Part shown: one piece after another, positions 1 to 9,700 of the stretch
Position numbering within the stretch: position 1 is the stretch's first letter
Layout of the letters: each line of letters opens with the position of its first letter
Source of the DNA: Pasteurella multocida
GTDB lineage: Bacteria > Pseudomonadota > Gammaproteobacteria > Enterobacterales > Pasteurellaceae
DNA length: 32,000 nucleotides
Assembly (NCBI RefSeq): GCF_900187275.1
Contig: NZ_LT906458.1
Coordinates: forward strand, 870,001-902,000
Direction: 5' to 3'
Notes under the pieces: model-generated
Databases searched by the model: none
What the model was told of the DNA's origin: nothing
Seen by the model: only the letters and a program-made list of their open reading frames with translations
Program-made: the position numbers and the translations under genes

Positions 1-150
1 TTACAACGTTTCCCTATTCAAGATAAAGATTTAGTTTATGTATCAAATGCACCAATGGCAGAATTCCAAAAATTCTTAAAATTAGTGTTTTCTATCACCT
101 CTCCTGTTACGGGTACACTTCATAATATTAATGTAATTAAAAATTTATAA
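1..150 (+). CDS. bexD: 3' end (49 codons) of a capsule polysaccharide export outer-membrane protein (BexD/CtrA/HexD family). The 5' part lies outside the window.
   Basis: Frame 1 is open from base 1 to TAA at 148-150 (LQRFPIQDKDLVYVSNAPMAEFQKFLKLVFSITSPVTGTLHNINVIKNL*). It sits directly upstream of bexC/B/A homologues in the canonical D-C-B-A order. The ORF track omits it because it has no start in the window. Confidence 0.6.
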   Translation, partial: LQRFPIQDKDLVYVSNAPMAEFQKFLKLVFSITSPVTGTLHNINVIKNL

Positions 151-159
151 GGATAGAGA

Positions 160-1296
160 ATGATCGAAACAAAAATACAAAAAAATCAATTTAAAAAATG
201 GTCCCGAAAATTTCGAAAAATAAGTACACTCTTTAAATACATGGTAATACTTCCAACATGTTGCTCACTCTTTTATTTTAGTTTATGGGCCTCTGATATT
301 TATATTTCTCAATCGAGTTTTGTTGTGCGCACGCCAAAAAATCAAGCCGCATTAAGTGGTGTCGGTGCCCTCTTACAAAGCTCTGGCTTTGCTCGCGCAC
401 AAGATGATACTTATACTGTACAAGAATTCATGCGTTCACGTTCTACGCTAGAATTATTAGAAAAAAGTATCCCTATCCGCCAGTTTTATGAGGATAAAGG
501 TGATTTATTTAGCCGCTTTAATCCTCTAAACATTTTCTCGGAACAAGAAGCGTTTTATCAATACTTTAGTAAAAAGCTTTCTGTTAATTTTGATTCAGTA
601 TCAGGCATTGCTACGCTCAATATCCGGGCATTCGATCCGAAAGAAGCACAACAAATTAACCAAGAATTGTTAAAACAAGGTGAATATCTTATCAATCGCC
701 TCAATGAGCGTGCGCGAAAAGATACGGTTATGTTTGCTGAACTTGCAGTCAGTGAAGCAGAAAAAAAAGTGACAGAAACTTCTTCTGCATTAAGTAAATA
801 CCGTATTAAAAATGGGGTATTCGATTTACAGTCTCAATCAGAAGTGCAATTGTCTTTAATTTCGACATTGCAAAATGAGCTCATTACGATTCAAACACAA
901 TTAGACCAAGTACGTTCTATTTCACCAAATAACCCTCAAGTGCAAACATTACTTGCGCGAGCAAACAGTATCCGTAAAGAAATGCAACAACAAGTACAGC
1001 AAGTGTTAGGTGGAGGAAATTCAATTGTGACACAAACTGCAGAATATCAACGTTTAGTACTGAATAATACGCTCGCTCAGCAGCAGCTAGGTACTGCAAT
1101 AACGTCATTACAGAATGCCAGATCAGAGGCAGATCGCCAACAATTGTATTTAGAAATCATTAGTTATCCTAATGAACCCGATTTGGCCTTAGAACCTTAC
1201 CGTTTATACAATATTCTTGCTACGTTATTTATTTCTTTAATTTTATATGGCATTACTCTTCTCTTATTAGCCAGCATTCGAGAGCATAAAAATTAA
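160..1296 (+). CDS. bexC: Capsule polysaccharide export inner-membrane protein (BexC/CtrB/KpsE family)
   Basis: 378 aa. Contains family-typical blocks SQSSFVVRTPK, GFARAQDDTYTVQEFMRSR and ADRQQLYLEIIS...EPYRLYNI...ASIREHKN. AGGA Shine-Dalgarno upstream. Confidence 0.92.
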   Translation: MIETKIQKNQFKKWSRKFRKISTLFKYMVILPTCCSLFYFSLWASDIYISQSSFVVRTPKNQAALSGVGALLQSSGFARAQDDTYTVQEFMRSRSTLELLEKSIPIRQFYEDKGDLFSRFNPLNIFSEQEAFYQYFSKKLSVNFDSVSGIATLNIRAFDPKEAQQINQELLKQGEYLINRLNERARKDTVMFAELAVSEAEKKVTETSSALSKYRIKNGVFDLQSQSEVQLSLISTLQNELITIQTQLDQVRSISPNNPQVQTLLARANSIRKEMQQQVQQVLGGGNSIVTQTAEYQRLVLNNTLAQQQLGTAITSLQNARSEADRQQLYLEIISYPNEPDLALEPYRLYNILATLFISLILYGITLLLLASIREHKN

Positions 1297-2093
1297 TGTT
1301 ATACGATGACCAAACTACACTAAAACACGCTTTTATCATTCAAAATAGAGTGATTGGCGCTCTCCTAATGCGAGAGATCATCACACGCTATGGCAGAAAG
1401 AACCTCGGTTTTTTATGGCTATTTGTTGAACCGCTCTTAATGACAGGGCTAATTGTGATCTTGTGGAGTACCTTCCGCGCAGATCAATTTTCTAACCTGA
1501 ATATCATGGCATTCATGATCACAGGCTACCCGTTGATGATGATGTGGCGCAATGCATCAAATAGGGCGATTGGTGCGGTTTCTGCCAATAGTACCCTACT
1601 CTATCATCGTAATGTCAGAGTGCTTGACACGTTAATTGCTAGGATGATCTTGGAAATATCCGGTGCAACCATTGCTCAAGTCGTTTTAATGAGTTTTTGT
1701 ATTGCACTGGATTGGATACCTATGCCACAGGATATTTTCTATATGCTACTTGCATGGTTTTTGATGGCGATATTTGCAATCGGATTTGGCTTTATTATTT
1801 GTTCTATATCGCATCATATTGAAGTATTCGGTAAATTGTGGGGAATACTAAGCTTTGCGATGATGCCATTATCTGGCACCTTCTTTTTTGTTTACAATCT
1901 CCCCCCACAAGCGAGAGAATATTTACTCTGGATGCCAATGATTCATGGTTCAGAAATGTTCAGACACGGGTACTTTGGTGATTCTGTTATTACACTAGAA
2001 AATCCTTATTTCCTCATTTTATGTGACTTAATTTTTCTACTAATTGGGTTATTAATGGTTGCACACTTCAGTAAAGGGATAGAACCTCGATGA
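1296..2093 (+). CDS. bexB: Capsule export ABC transporter permease (BexB/CtrC/KpsM family)
   Basis: 265 aa, multi-pass hydrophobic protein. Motifs [24 protein letters not shown] and [27 protein letters not shown]. Start overlaps the bexC stop (TAATG). Confidence 0.92.
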   Translation: MLYDDQTTLKHAFIIQNRVIGALLMREIITRYGRKNLGFLWLFVEPLLMTGLIVILWSTFRADQFSNLNIMAFMITGYPLMMMWRNASNRAIGAVSANSTLLYHRNVRVLDTLIARMILEISGATIAQVVLMSFCIALDWIPMPQDIFYMLLAWFLMAIFAIGFGFIICSISHHIEVFGKLWGILSFAMMPLSGTFFFVYNLPPQAREYLLWMPMIHGSEMFRHGYFGDSVITLENPYFLILCDLIFLLIGLLMVAHFSKGIEPR

Positions 2094-2749
2094 TTTATGT
2101 AGAAAACGTCTGTAAAAAATACCTTAATCGTACGGGGTGGCATACCGTATTAGACGATGTGAGTTTCTCACTTAGAAAAGGGCAAAAAGTCGGTATCCTC
2201 GGAAAAAATGGGGCAGGGAAATCAACCCTTATCCGTTTACTCAGTGGTGTGGAACCACCTACATCAGGAAAAATTACACGTAAAATGAGCATATCTTGGC
2301 CATTAGGCTTCAGTGGTGCATTCCAAGGTAGCTTAACGGGTATGGATAATTTACGTTTTATTGCGAGGATCTATAATGCAGATATCGATTATGTAAAGCG
2401 TTTTACTGAAGAGTTCTCTGAGCTAGGTAAATACTTATATGAGCCAGTACGAACCTATTCATCAGGGATGAAAGCTCGCTTAGCTTTCGCTTTATCACTT
2501 TCTATCGAATTTGATTGTTATCTGATTGATGAAATTATTGCAGTTGGTGATGCACGCTTTGCTGATAAGTGTAAATATGAGTTATTTGAGAAAAGAAAAG
2601 ATCGTTCATTGATCTTAGTTTCTCATAGCCCGAATGCAATTCGAGAATATTGTGATAATGCGATGGTTCTCCATAATGGCATTATGCATCATTTCAATTC
2701 CATTGATATTGCATATCAATTTCATAATAATGCATTACAAACCAAATAA
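2090..2749 (+). CDS. bexA: Capsule export ABC transporter ATP-binding protein (BexA/CtrD/KpsT family)
   Basis: 219 aa. Walker [10 protein letters not shown], signature [12 protein letters not shown], Walker B CYLIDE. 4-nt overlap with bexB (ATGA). Confidence 0.93.
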   Translation: MIYVENVCKKYLNRTGWHTVLDDVSFSLRKGQKVGILGKNGAGKSTLIRLLSGVEPPTSGKITRKMSISWPLGFSGAFQGSLTGMDNLRFIARIYNADIDYVKRFTEEFSELGKYLYEPVRTYSSGMKARLAFALSLSIEFDCYLIDEIIAVGDARFADKCKYELFEKRKDRSLILVSHSPNAIREYCDNAMVLHNGIMHHFNSIDIAYQFHNNALQTK

Positions 2750-2750
2750 C

Positions 2751-2780
2751 AAAAACCCGCTTATCGCGGGTTTTATTTTG
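2751..2780. terminator. Bidirectional rho-independent terminator between convergent bexA and grxD
   Basis: aaaaACCCGCttatcGCGGGTtttatttt: 6-7 bp GC stem with an A-run on one side and a T-run on the other. Confidence 0.8.
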
Positions 2781-2784
2781 ACTT

Positions 2785-3114
2785 TTATTCCTGAGGATAT
2801 TTTGCTGCAACATCAGCTAATAGCGTTTGTAACTCACCTTGTTGGAACATTTCTAAAATAATGTCACAACCACCGACTAATTCTCCATCAACCCATAATT
2901 GTGGGAAAGTTGGCCAATTTGCATAAGCTGGTAACTCAGCACGAATATCTGGATGTTGTAAGATATCCACATAACCAAAAGGCACTTTGCAATGCATAAG
3001 GGCTTCTACGGCACGTGCAGAGAAACCGCATGATGGGAATTTTGGTGAGCCTTTCATGTAAATAAGAATAGGGTTTTCACTGATTTGTTTTTTGATTTTA
3101 TCTAAGGTTTCCAT
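2785..3114 (-). CDS. grxD: Monothiol glutaredoxin (Grx4 type)
   Basis: CGFS active site (KFPSCGFSARA) and WPTFPQLWVDGELVGGCDI. The track ORF begins at a TTG at 3126. The ATG at 3114 (METLDKIK...) follows a GAGGA Shine-Dalgarno and matches family N-termini. Confidence 0.9.
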   Translation of the reverse strand: METLDKIKKQISENPILIYMKGSPKFPSCGFSARAVEALMHCKVPFGYVDILQHPDIRAELPAYANWPTFPQLWVDGELVGGCDIILEMFQQGELQTLLADVAAKYPQE

Positions 3115-3198
3115 AATTTTCCTCAAAAGTAATGAAACGGTGTTATTGTAGCATACAGAAAAAGCGCAACCAATAACCCGACTAAAATAATCAACTAC

Positions 3199-3963
3199 TC
3201 ACCAACTTCCACCGGCACCGCCACCGCCAAAACTTCCTCCGCCGAATCCTCCACCAGATCCACCGCCACCAAAGCCACCAAAACCACCGTTACCACCCGA
3301 GCGGCGTCGGTAACGTGGTAAAGAAGATGTACGTGATGTCGACTGATGACGACTTGGACTCACATAATCACCGGGTAAGAATTCATTGAACAAGATAAAC
3401 GCGACAAAAATAGCAATCATCAAGAAAGGAATATACTCTTCCCATGTTTCTTCCACTACTTGACTCGCATCAAACTCCCCTTTACTTGCGGCAATGAGAT
3501 AATCTAATCCTTGATGAATTCCCATCGCGTATTGTTCTTCTTTAAAGTGCGGTGTAATTTGGTTGCGAATTAATTGGGATAAGAAAGCATCGGGTAATAC
3601 CCCCTCCAGACCTTGTCCTACGGCAATAAACATTTTGCGGTCTTGCTTAGCTACGAGCATTAATACGCCATTATCTAATTGCTTACGTCCAATGCCCCAC
3701 TTATCCCCTAATTCAAACGCATATTGTGAAATATCATACTCTTGTGTAGAAGGAATGATCACCACTGCAATCTGTGAACTAGTTTCTTGCCCATAATGAT
3801 GCAGTTTACGCTCCAATACCGCCTTATCATTGTCTGATAATGTATGGGTATAATCATTCACATATTGAAATGGATTTGGTACGGGGGGAAAGTGTGCTGA
3901 AAATACCGGCATAGCACACAAAATTGTGACAAAAAACACCGCACTTTTTAGCCATTTACCCAT
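3199..3963 (-). CDS. TPM-domain protein (YgcG-like) with signal peptide, one C-proximal TM segment and a Gly-rich tail
   Basis: 254 aa. N-terminal signal-like segment, then a TPM core (VNDYTHTLS...QIAVVIIPS...GIGRK..DNGVLMLVA...IAVGQGLEG), a TM segment, and the tail GGNGGFGGFGGGGSGGGFGGGSFGGGGAGGSW. 8-nt overlap with the upstream TPM gene. Confidence 0.8.
   Translation of the reverse strand: MGKWLKSAVFFVTILCAMPVFSAHFPPVPNPFQYVNDYTHTLSDNDKAVLERKLHHYGQETSSQIAVVIIPSTQEYDISQYAFELGDKWGIGRKQLDNGVLMLVAKQDRKMFIAVGQGLEGVLPDAFLSQLIRNQITPHFKEEQYAMGIHQGLDYLIAASKGEFDASQVVEETWEEYIPFLMIAIFVAFILFNEFLPGDYVSPSRHQSTSRTSSLPRYRRRSGGNGGFGGFGGGGSGGGFGGGSFGGGGAGGSW
3938..3946 (-). repeat. Uptake signal sequence (Hin-type USS core AAGTGCGGT)
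   Basis: Plus strand reads ACCGCACTT. AT-rich 3' flank on the USS strand. Confidence 0.85.
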
Positions 3964-4405
3964 TGATAATTACCTCATTATCCAGTTCATTTTTATCATC
4001 TGGTTGAATAGGAAAATAGTTTGCTAATTCTTTAGCGATATTGTCAATGGCGACAATAATTCCTTGCGTATACGCATTTTGGCGGAAATGGCTTATCATC
4101 AGATCACATTGTTGTTGCCAAAATGCATCACCAACGTATTGATGAATCCCTTGATCACCAATAATCGCACACTGATGCGCGCGAAAGGCCACGTAAATTA
4201 ACACGCCATTATGGGCTTCTGTTGCTTGCATGCCGAGTTCATCAAAAATCTGTAATGCTCGTTCAAACCCCGTGTTCACTTGTGCCTTGCGAGGTATTTT
4301 ACGTTCTACATATACCCTTAATTCAGCCGAAGTTTGCTTTTCAAGTTGAAAAATTGCTTTTTCAACTTGTTGTTTATCAATAGGAATCTTTGAAAATAAC
4401 GGCAT
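3956..4405 (-). CDS. TPM-domain protein (small, cytoplasmic-type paralogue)
   Basis: 149 aa. Contains ELRVYVERK...HNGVLIYVAFRAHQCAIIGDQGI, typical of the TPM (TLP18.3/Psb32/MOLO-1) fold. Confidence 0.75.
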   Translation of the reverse strand: MPLFSKIPIDKQQVEKAIFQLEKQTSAELRVYVERKIPRKAQVNTGFERALQIFDELGMQATEAHNGVLIYVAFRAHQCAIIGDQGIHQYVGDAFWQQQCDLMISHFRQNAYTQGIIVAIDNIAKELANYFPIQPDDKNELDNEVIING

Positions 4406-4431
4406 GTTTTGTCTTCTTTCGTAGAAATAAA

Positions 4432-5013
4432 TTACTTAAAATTGACAACAGGCGCAGTTTCAGCACTTTCAGCTGATTTAAAATACGGTTTTTCCTTGAA
4501 ACCAAATAATATTGCAACTAATTTAGTTGGGAATTGGCGTACTTTTTGATTATACACGCGCGCTGCTTCGTTAAATTTATTACGTGCAACATTGATACGA
4601 TTTTCTGTCCCTTCTAATTGCGCTTGTAAATTCATAAAACCTTCATTGGCTTTTAGCGTTGGATATTGCTCAACTGTCACTAATAAACGTGATAGTGCTG
4701 AACTCACTTCATTTTGATTTTGTTGGAATTTCGCAAGTTGTTCTTCGGAAAGATTCGCCGGGTCAATTTTCGTTTGTGTCGCTTTGGCTCGCGCTTCTAT
4801 CACTTGCGTTAAAGTATTTTTTTCAAAATCAGCCTGCCCTTTCACCGTATTGACTAAGTTGGGGATTAGATCCGCTCGACGTTGATAAGATGATTCGACA
4901 TTAGCCCAAACTGATTCGATTTCTTCCTCTGCTTTGACTAAACCATTGTAACTCCCTGTTAACGTAAAGCCCGCTACAATAGCCACGATGATGAGAACAA
5001 TCCACTTTTTCAT
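4432..5013 (-). CDS. lemA: LemA family protein
   Basis: 193 aa. One N-terminal TM segment, then YNGLVKAEEEIESVWANVESSYQRRADLIPNLVNTVKG...ENRINVARNKFNEAARVYNQKVRQFP. Confidence 0.88.
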   Translation of the reverse strand: MKKWIVLIIVAIVAGFTLTGSYNGLVKAEEEIESVWANVESSYQRRADLIPNLVNTVKGQADFEKNTLTQVIEARAKATQTKIDPANLSEEQLAKFQQNQNEVSSALSRLLVTVEQYPTLKANEGFMNLQAQLEGTENRINVARNKFNEAARVYNQKVRQFPTKLVAILFGFKEKPYFKSAESAETAPVVNFK

Positions 5014-5046
5014 TTTCCGTTCCTCAAATAAAATATCAATTTATAA

Positions 5047-5081
5047 AACAAAAGACCTAAACATAGGTTTAGGTCTTTTTA
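5047..5081. terminator. Bidirectional terminator downstream of ompA
   Basis: aaaAGACCTAAACatagGTTTAGGTCTtttt: perfect 10-bp stem, 4-nt loop, A-run and T-run flanks. Confidence 0.85.
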
Positions 5082-5109
5082 TATTCTTGCTATAAGTTTA
5101 ACAAATTAA

Positions 5110-6168
5110 TTATTTGTTACCTTTAACAGCGATTTCAACGCGACGATCGTCAGCTAAACATGCGATAAGTGCTTTACGACCTTTAACTGAATCACATTTG
5201 TTACCAGTTACAGGGTTCGCTTCACCATGACCTGTTGCGCTGATAGCGTTTTGTGCAACACCTTTCGCTACTAAGTAGTTAGCCACAGTGTCAGCACGAC
5301 GTTGTGATAATTTTAAGTTGTATGCATCAGAACCTAAACGGTCTGTGTAACCTGCAACTGCTACAGAAGCAGATTTTAACTGAGCGATTTCACCATAGAT
5401 ACCATCTAACACGTTTTGTGCAGCTGGTTTTAAGTCAGCTTTATCGAAACCGAATGTCACATCAGAGTTTAATGTGAATGTTTTGCTCACAACTTCTGGT
5501 ACATAAACAGATTGACCGAAACGGTAAGATAAACCAGCTGTTACAGAACCGATATCTGGTCTGTAATCTACGCGCTCACCTTTAGCATCTTTTAATTTAC
5601 CAACATTATTTAACCATTGATATTCAACACGTAAAGCAAGCTCAGGCATAAACGCATATTCTAAACCACCCGCAAATACTGGAGATACTTGCGTGCTATG
5701 AGTTCTCTTCAAGAACGATAAATCTGCAGGTTCTTTGTCATAAACTTTATAATCAGAACGTACTAATGCTGCACCAACACGCGCATAAACGTCCAAACCA
5801 TCAAGTACCGGGTAGCTTGCTTTTAAGCTTAAATGTGCACCATGGTTAGTGTGTTTTGCTGCATCTACTGTTTCCTTAGTTTTTGGATCAGTAGCACGTA
5901 CCTTCGCACGACCAAAATCATCATAGCCTAACTCTACTGCGAAATTATCCGTGATTTGATACCCACCAAATACACCGTAAGTAACACTATTACGTTTGAA
6001 ACCGAAAGAAATTGGTTCTTCGATTTTTTCAATTTGATTTAAACCATCGTGGAAAGATGCCCAACCTGCTTTAGCACCTACATAGAATGTGTTAGGTTGT
6101 GGTGCAGCTTGTGCAACTGAAGCTGCGGCTAGTGCAGCGATAGTCAATGCGATTGCAGTTTTTTTCAT
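5110..6168 (-). CDS. ompA: Outer membrane protein A (P5-type porin)
   Basis: 352 aa. Signal peptide MKKTAIALTIAALAAASVAQA, beta-barrel half, and a C-terminal OmpA domain (VAVAGYTDRLGSDAYNLKLSQRRADTVANYL...CLADDRRVEIAV). Confidence 0.95.
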   Translation of the reverse strand: MKKTAIALTIAALAAASVAQAAPQPNTFYVGAKAGWASFHDGLNQIEKIEEPISFGFKRNSVTYGVFGGYQITDNFAVELGYDDFGRAKVRATDPKTKETVDAAKHTNHGAHLSLKASYPVLDGLDVYARVGAALVRSDYKVYDKEPADLSFLKRTHSTQVSPVFAGGLEYAFMPELALRVEYQWLNNVGKLKDAKGERVDYRPDIGSVTAGLSYRFGQSVYVPEVVSKTFTLNSDVTFGFDKADLKPAAQNVLDGIYGEIAQLKSASVAVAGYTDRLGSDAYNLKLSQRRADTVANYLVAKGVAQNAISATGHGEANPVTGNKCDSVKGRKALIACLADDRRVEIAVKGNK

Positions 6169-6208
6169 TTGGATGATCCTCTTAATTTAGTCATCTTTAA
6201 AATTAAAA

Positions 6209-6264
6209 CCAAGTTTTAGCTAAAGCAATTTTAATTAAAACTTGGAACACAACAATTTGTGTTC
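6209..6264 (-). promoter_or_regulatory. Two adjacent stem-loops in the ompA 5' leader
   Basis: On the minus-strand RNA: GAACACaaattgttGTGTTC (6264-6245), then CCAAGTTTTA-17 nt-TAAAACTTGG (6245-6209), then a U-rich stretch and the GAGGA Shine-Dalgarno. Confidence 0.5.
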
Positions 6265-6270
6265 ATTTTC

Positions 6271-6299
6271 ATCTTAAACTTTTTCGACTTAAAAGTGAA
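6271..6299 (-). promoter_or_regulatory. Candidate proximal ompA promoter
   Basis: Minus strand TTCACT-17 nt-TAAGAT. The predicted start near 6264 coincides with the first base of leader hairpin 1. Confidence 0.25.
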
Positions 6300-6422
6300 C
6301 TCTTTTTAATCTACTCAGTCTAATTCCTTACATCGATATGGGGGAATTTGCCCTAATTGCTTTTGACAAATTCTTTCCTTTAATTAAATACTTAAGCTAA
6401 AGGAATATTCAAAAGTACCTAT

Positions 6423-6451
6423 ATTATCCTACCTTAATATTGTCAGGTCAA
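6423..6451 (-). promoter_or_regulatory. Strong sigma70-like promoter candidate on the minus strand, distal to ompA
   Basis: Minus strand TTGACC-17 nt-GATAAT. The predicted start near 6416 would give a leader of about 250 nt. Confidence 0.3.
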
Positions 6452-6701
6452 ACTGTTTTTAGTAACACTGTATAAAGTTTAATCAAAAAAGAGGCAAAAT
6501 AGTTCAAAAAACAATCAAACGATATTATTTTTTATACGCTTACCTGATTTTCTCCCACCTCAAAAGCCCCTTTTTCGTGAAAAATTTCCATCTAAATTCT
6601 ACGATTCTATGTTAAACTCTGAACACGATATATACCTAATGACCCCCTTATAACAATTAATCGAATATTAACTTTTATTTTGAATTAACAGAGTGATTAA
6701 T

Positions 6702-9700
6702 ATGCTACCTCGTTTGACAAATATCCCACAGCTTACACCACTTGTTTCTGCTTATTTAAATGATTTACAAGCACAACACTTTGAAGGGGATATTTCCACA
6801 CATTATGCGGAACGTTTAAGTTTAGCCACTGATAACAGTGTTTATCAGCAACTGCCACAAGCAATTTTATTTCCTAAAAGTATCGCAGATGTGGTCAGAT
6901 TAACCAAGCTAGCTCAACAACATGCCTATAAAAGCTTGACGTTTACTCCTCGTGGTGGTGGAACTGGTACTAACGGACAATCCTTAAACAATAATATTAT
7001 TGTTGATCTCTCTCGCCATATGACAGCGATTTTAGAACTGAATGTAGAACAACGTTGGGTAAAAGTACAAGCGGGTGTGGTCAAGGATCAACTTAATCAA
7101 TTTTTAAAACCTTATGGTTTATTCTTCTCGCCAGAACTTTCTACCAGTAACCGTGCTACTTTAGGCGGTATGATCAATACCGATGCTTCAGGACAAGGTT
7201 CCTTACAATACGGTAAAACCTCTGATCACGTTTTGGGATTACGTGCGGTGTTAATGAATGGCGAGATTTTAGAAACCAGTGCGATCAAAACAGAAGAATT
7301 TGCTGACAATTTGGTTCAATCCCATCTGTCCAAAAGTCATCAATATTTACACCAAGAAATTTTCCAACGTTGCCAGCAAAAACGAGCACAAATCCTGCAT
7401 GATTTGCCTCAATTAAACCGTTTTATTACTGGCTATGATCTGAAAAACGTCTTTAATCATGACGAAAGTGAATTCAACTTAACTCGAATTTTAACTGGCT
7501 CAGAAGGCTCTTTGGCTTTTATTTGTGAAGCAACACTCGATCTGACAGCGATTCCACAATATCGTACTTTAATTAATGTGAAATACAGTTCCTTTGATGC
7601 GGCATTACGCAATGCCCCTTTTATGGTAAAAGCGAATGCACTTTCAGTGGAAACCGTTGATTCAAAAGTCTTAAACTTAGCTAAGCAGGATATTATTTGG
7701 CATTCCGTCAGCGAATTGTTGACTGAACAAGAAGAAAACCCGATTCTAGGGCTCAATATCGTGGAGTACGCTAGCAACGATAAAGGGCAAATTCATCGAC
7801 AAGTACAGGCACTTTGTGCGGAACTCGATAAAAAAATCACTCATCAGCAAGATGCGATTATCGGCTATCAAGTCTGCTCAGATTTAGCGTCGATTGAACG
7901 CATTTATGCGATGCGCAAAAAAGCTGTGGGATTATTAGGCAACGCGAAAGGGATGGCAAAGCCGATTCCTTTTGTGGAAGACAGCTGTGTGCCACCTGAG
8001 CATCTGGCGGACTATATTGCAGAATTTCGTGCCCTATTGGATGCCCACAAATTAGATTACGGCATGTTTGGTCATGTGGACGCCGGTGTGTTACATGTTC
8101 GTCCTGCCTTAAATTTATGTGATAAAGCACAAGTAAAACTGTTTAAAGAAATTTCTGACCAAGTGGTCGCTCTGACCCATAAATATGGTGGTTTAATTTG
8201 GGGGGAACACGGTAAAGGTATGCGTTCACAGTATGGCGAAACCTTTTTCACTCCTGAGTTATGGCAAGAATTGCGCTATATTAAGTTTTTATTTGACCCA
8301 GATAACCGCTTAAATCCGGGTAAAATCTGCACACCTTTAAACAGCAACGCAGAACTCTACTCTATTATTTCACCAATGCGTGCTGATCATGATCGACAAA
8401 TCCCCATTCAAATGCGTGAAACATTTAATGGTGCGATGAACTGTAATGGAAATGGGTTATGCTTTAACTTTGATGTCCACAGTGCAATGTGTCCATCGAT
8501 GAAGATCAGTAAAAATCGCCTCTTTTCACCGAAAGGGCGTGCCAGCATGATCCGTGAATGGCTCCGTTTACTGGCGAATGAAAATGTGACGCCAGAGCAA
8601 TTAAACTTCCGCCACCACGATGTCAAAATGACCGACTTTGTCGCCAAAATACGCAATACTGTGCAAAAATGGCGTGGTGAATATGATTTTTCCCATGAAG
8701 TCAAAGCCGCAATGGATACCTGCTTAGCCTGTAAAGCCTGTGCAAGTCAATGTCCAATTAAAATTGATGTACCGAATTTCCGTGCTAAATTTTTCCATTT
8801 TTACTATGGTCGTTATTTACGTTCTGCTAAAGATCACGTTATCGCCAATGTCGAATATATGGCACCGCTAATGGCAAAAAAACCCGCATTTTTTAATTTC
8901 TTCACGACCTCTAAATTTGCTCAAATGGCGGCAGAGAAAGTCTTAGGGATTGTAGATTTACCCACACTTTCAGAACCGTCACTGGCACAACAATTAATCG
9001 AAATTGATTACCAAGCCTACAGTCTGGAACAATTAGAACGCTTATCTGAACAAGAAAAACAGCGTACCGTACTGATTGTGCAAGACCCTTTTACTTCTTA
9101 TTATGACGCTAAGGTTGTCGCTGATTTTGTTTCACTACTCCAGAAACTGACTTATAAACCTGTGCTGTTGCCATTTAAACCTAACGGTAAAGCGCTACAC
9201 GTCAAAGGCTTCTTGAGCCGATTTGCGAAAACCGCCCAAAATCAAGCGGACGTTTTATCACGTTTAGCGAAATTAGGGATACCAATGGTTGGAGTTGACC
9301 CTGCTATTGTATTGACTTATCGCGATGAATATAAAGAAGTCTTAGGTCAGGCTCGAGGTGACTTTGAAGTCCTAACGTCACAAGAGTGGCTGACAAGCCA
9401 GCAAACACAATTACAAACGCTGATTCAAAATTTTGCCAAAACCGACCGCACTTATCCAACGCAACAATGGTATTTATTTTCGCATTGTACCGAGTCCACC
9501 GCATTGCCCAACAGTGGCAAAGGATGGCAACAACTGTTTGCCTTATTTGGACAAGAATTGAAAATTGAAAATGTCGGTTGTTGCGGTATGGCGGGGACCT
9601 TTGGGCATGAAACAGCACACTTAACCATGTCAAAAGATATTTATGCTTTATCATGGGCAAAAAAATTAGCCGGAAAAGATCCGCACTTTTGTTTAGCAAC

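Noticed and set aside
6199-6245. Hairpin followed by a U-rich tract on the minus strand, which looks like a rho-independent terminator and could mark the end of an sRNA from the 6451-6423 promoter
   Set aside because: It lies only about 40 nt upstream of the ompA ATG, with no room for a promoter after it. Both candidate ompA promoters are upstream of it, so ompA transcripts must read through. It is more likely a leader stabiliser hairpin plus a U-rich Hfq-type region.
6338-6653. Mini-ORFs in the ompA-ydiJ spacer: plus 6338-6400 (20 aa), plus 6609-6653 (14 aa), minus 6591-6532 (19 aa), minus 6273-6232 (13 aa)
   Set aside because: None has a Shine-Dalgarno or a recognisable peptide motif, and such ORFs are expected by chance in AT-rich DNA.
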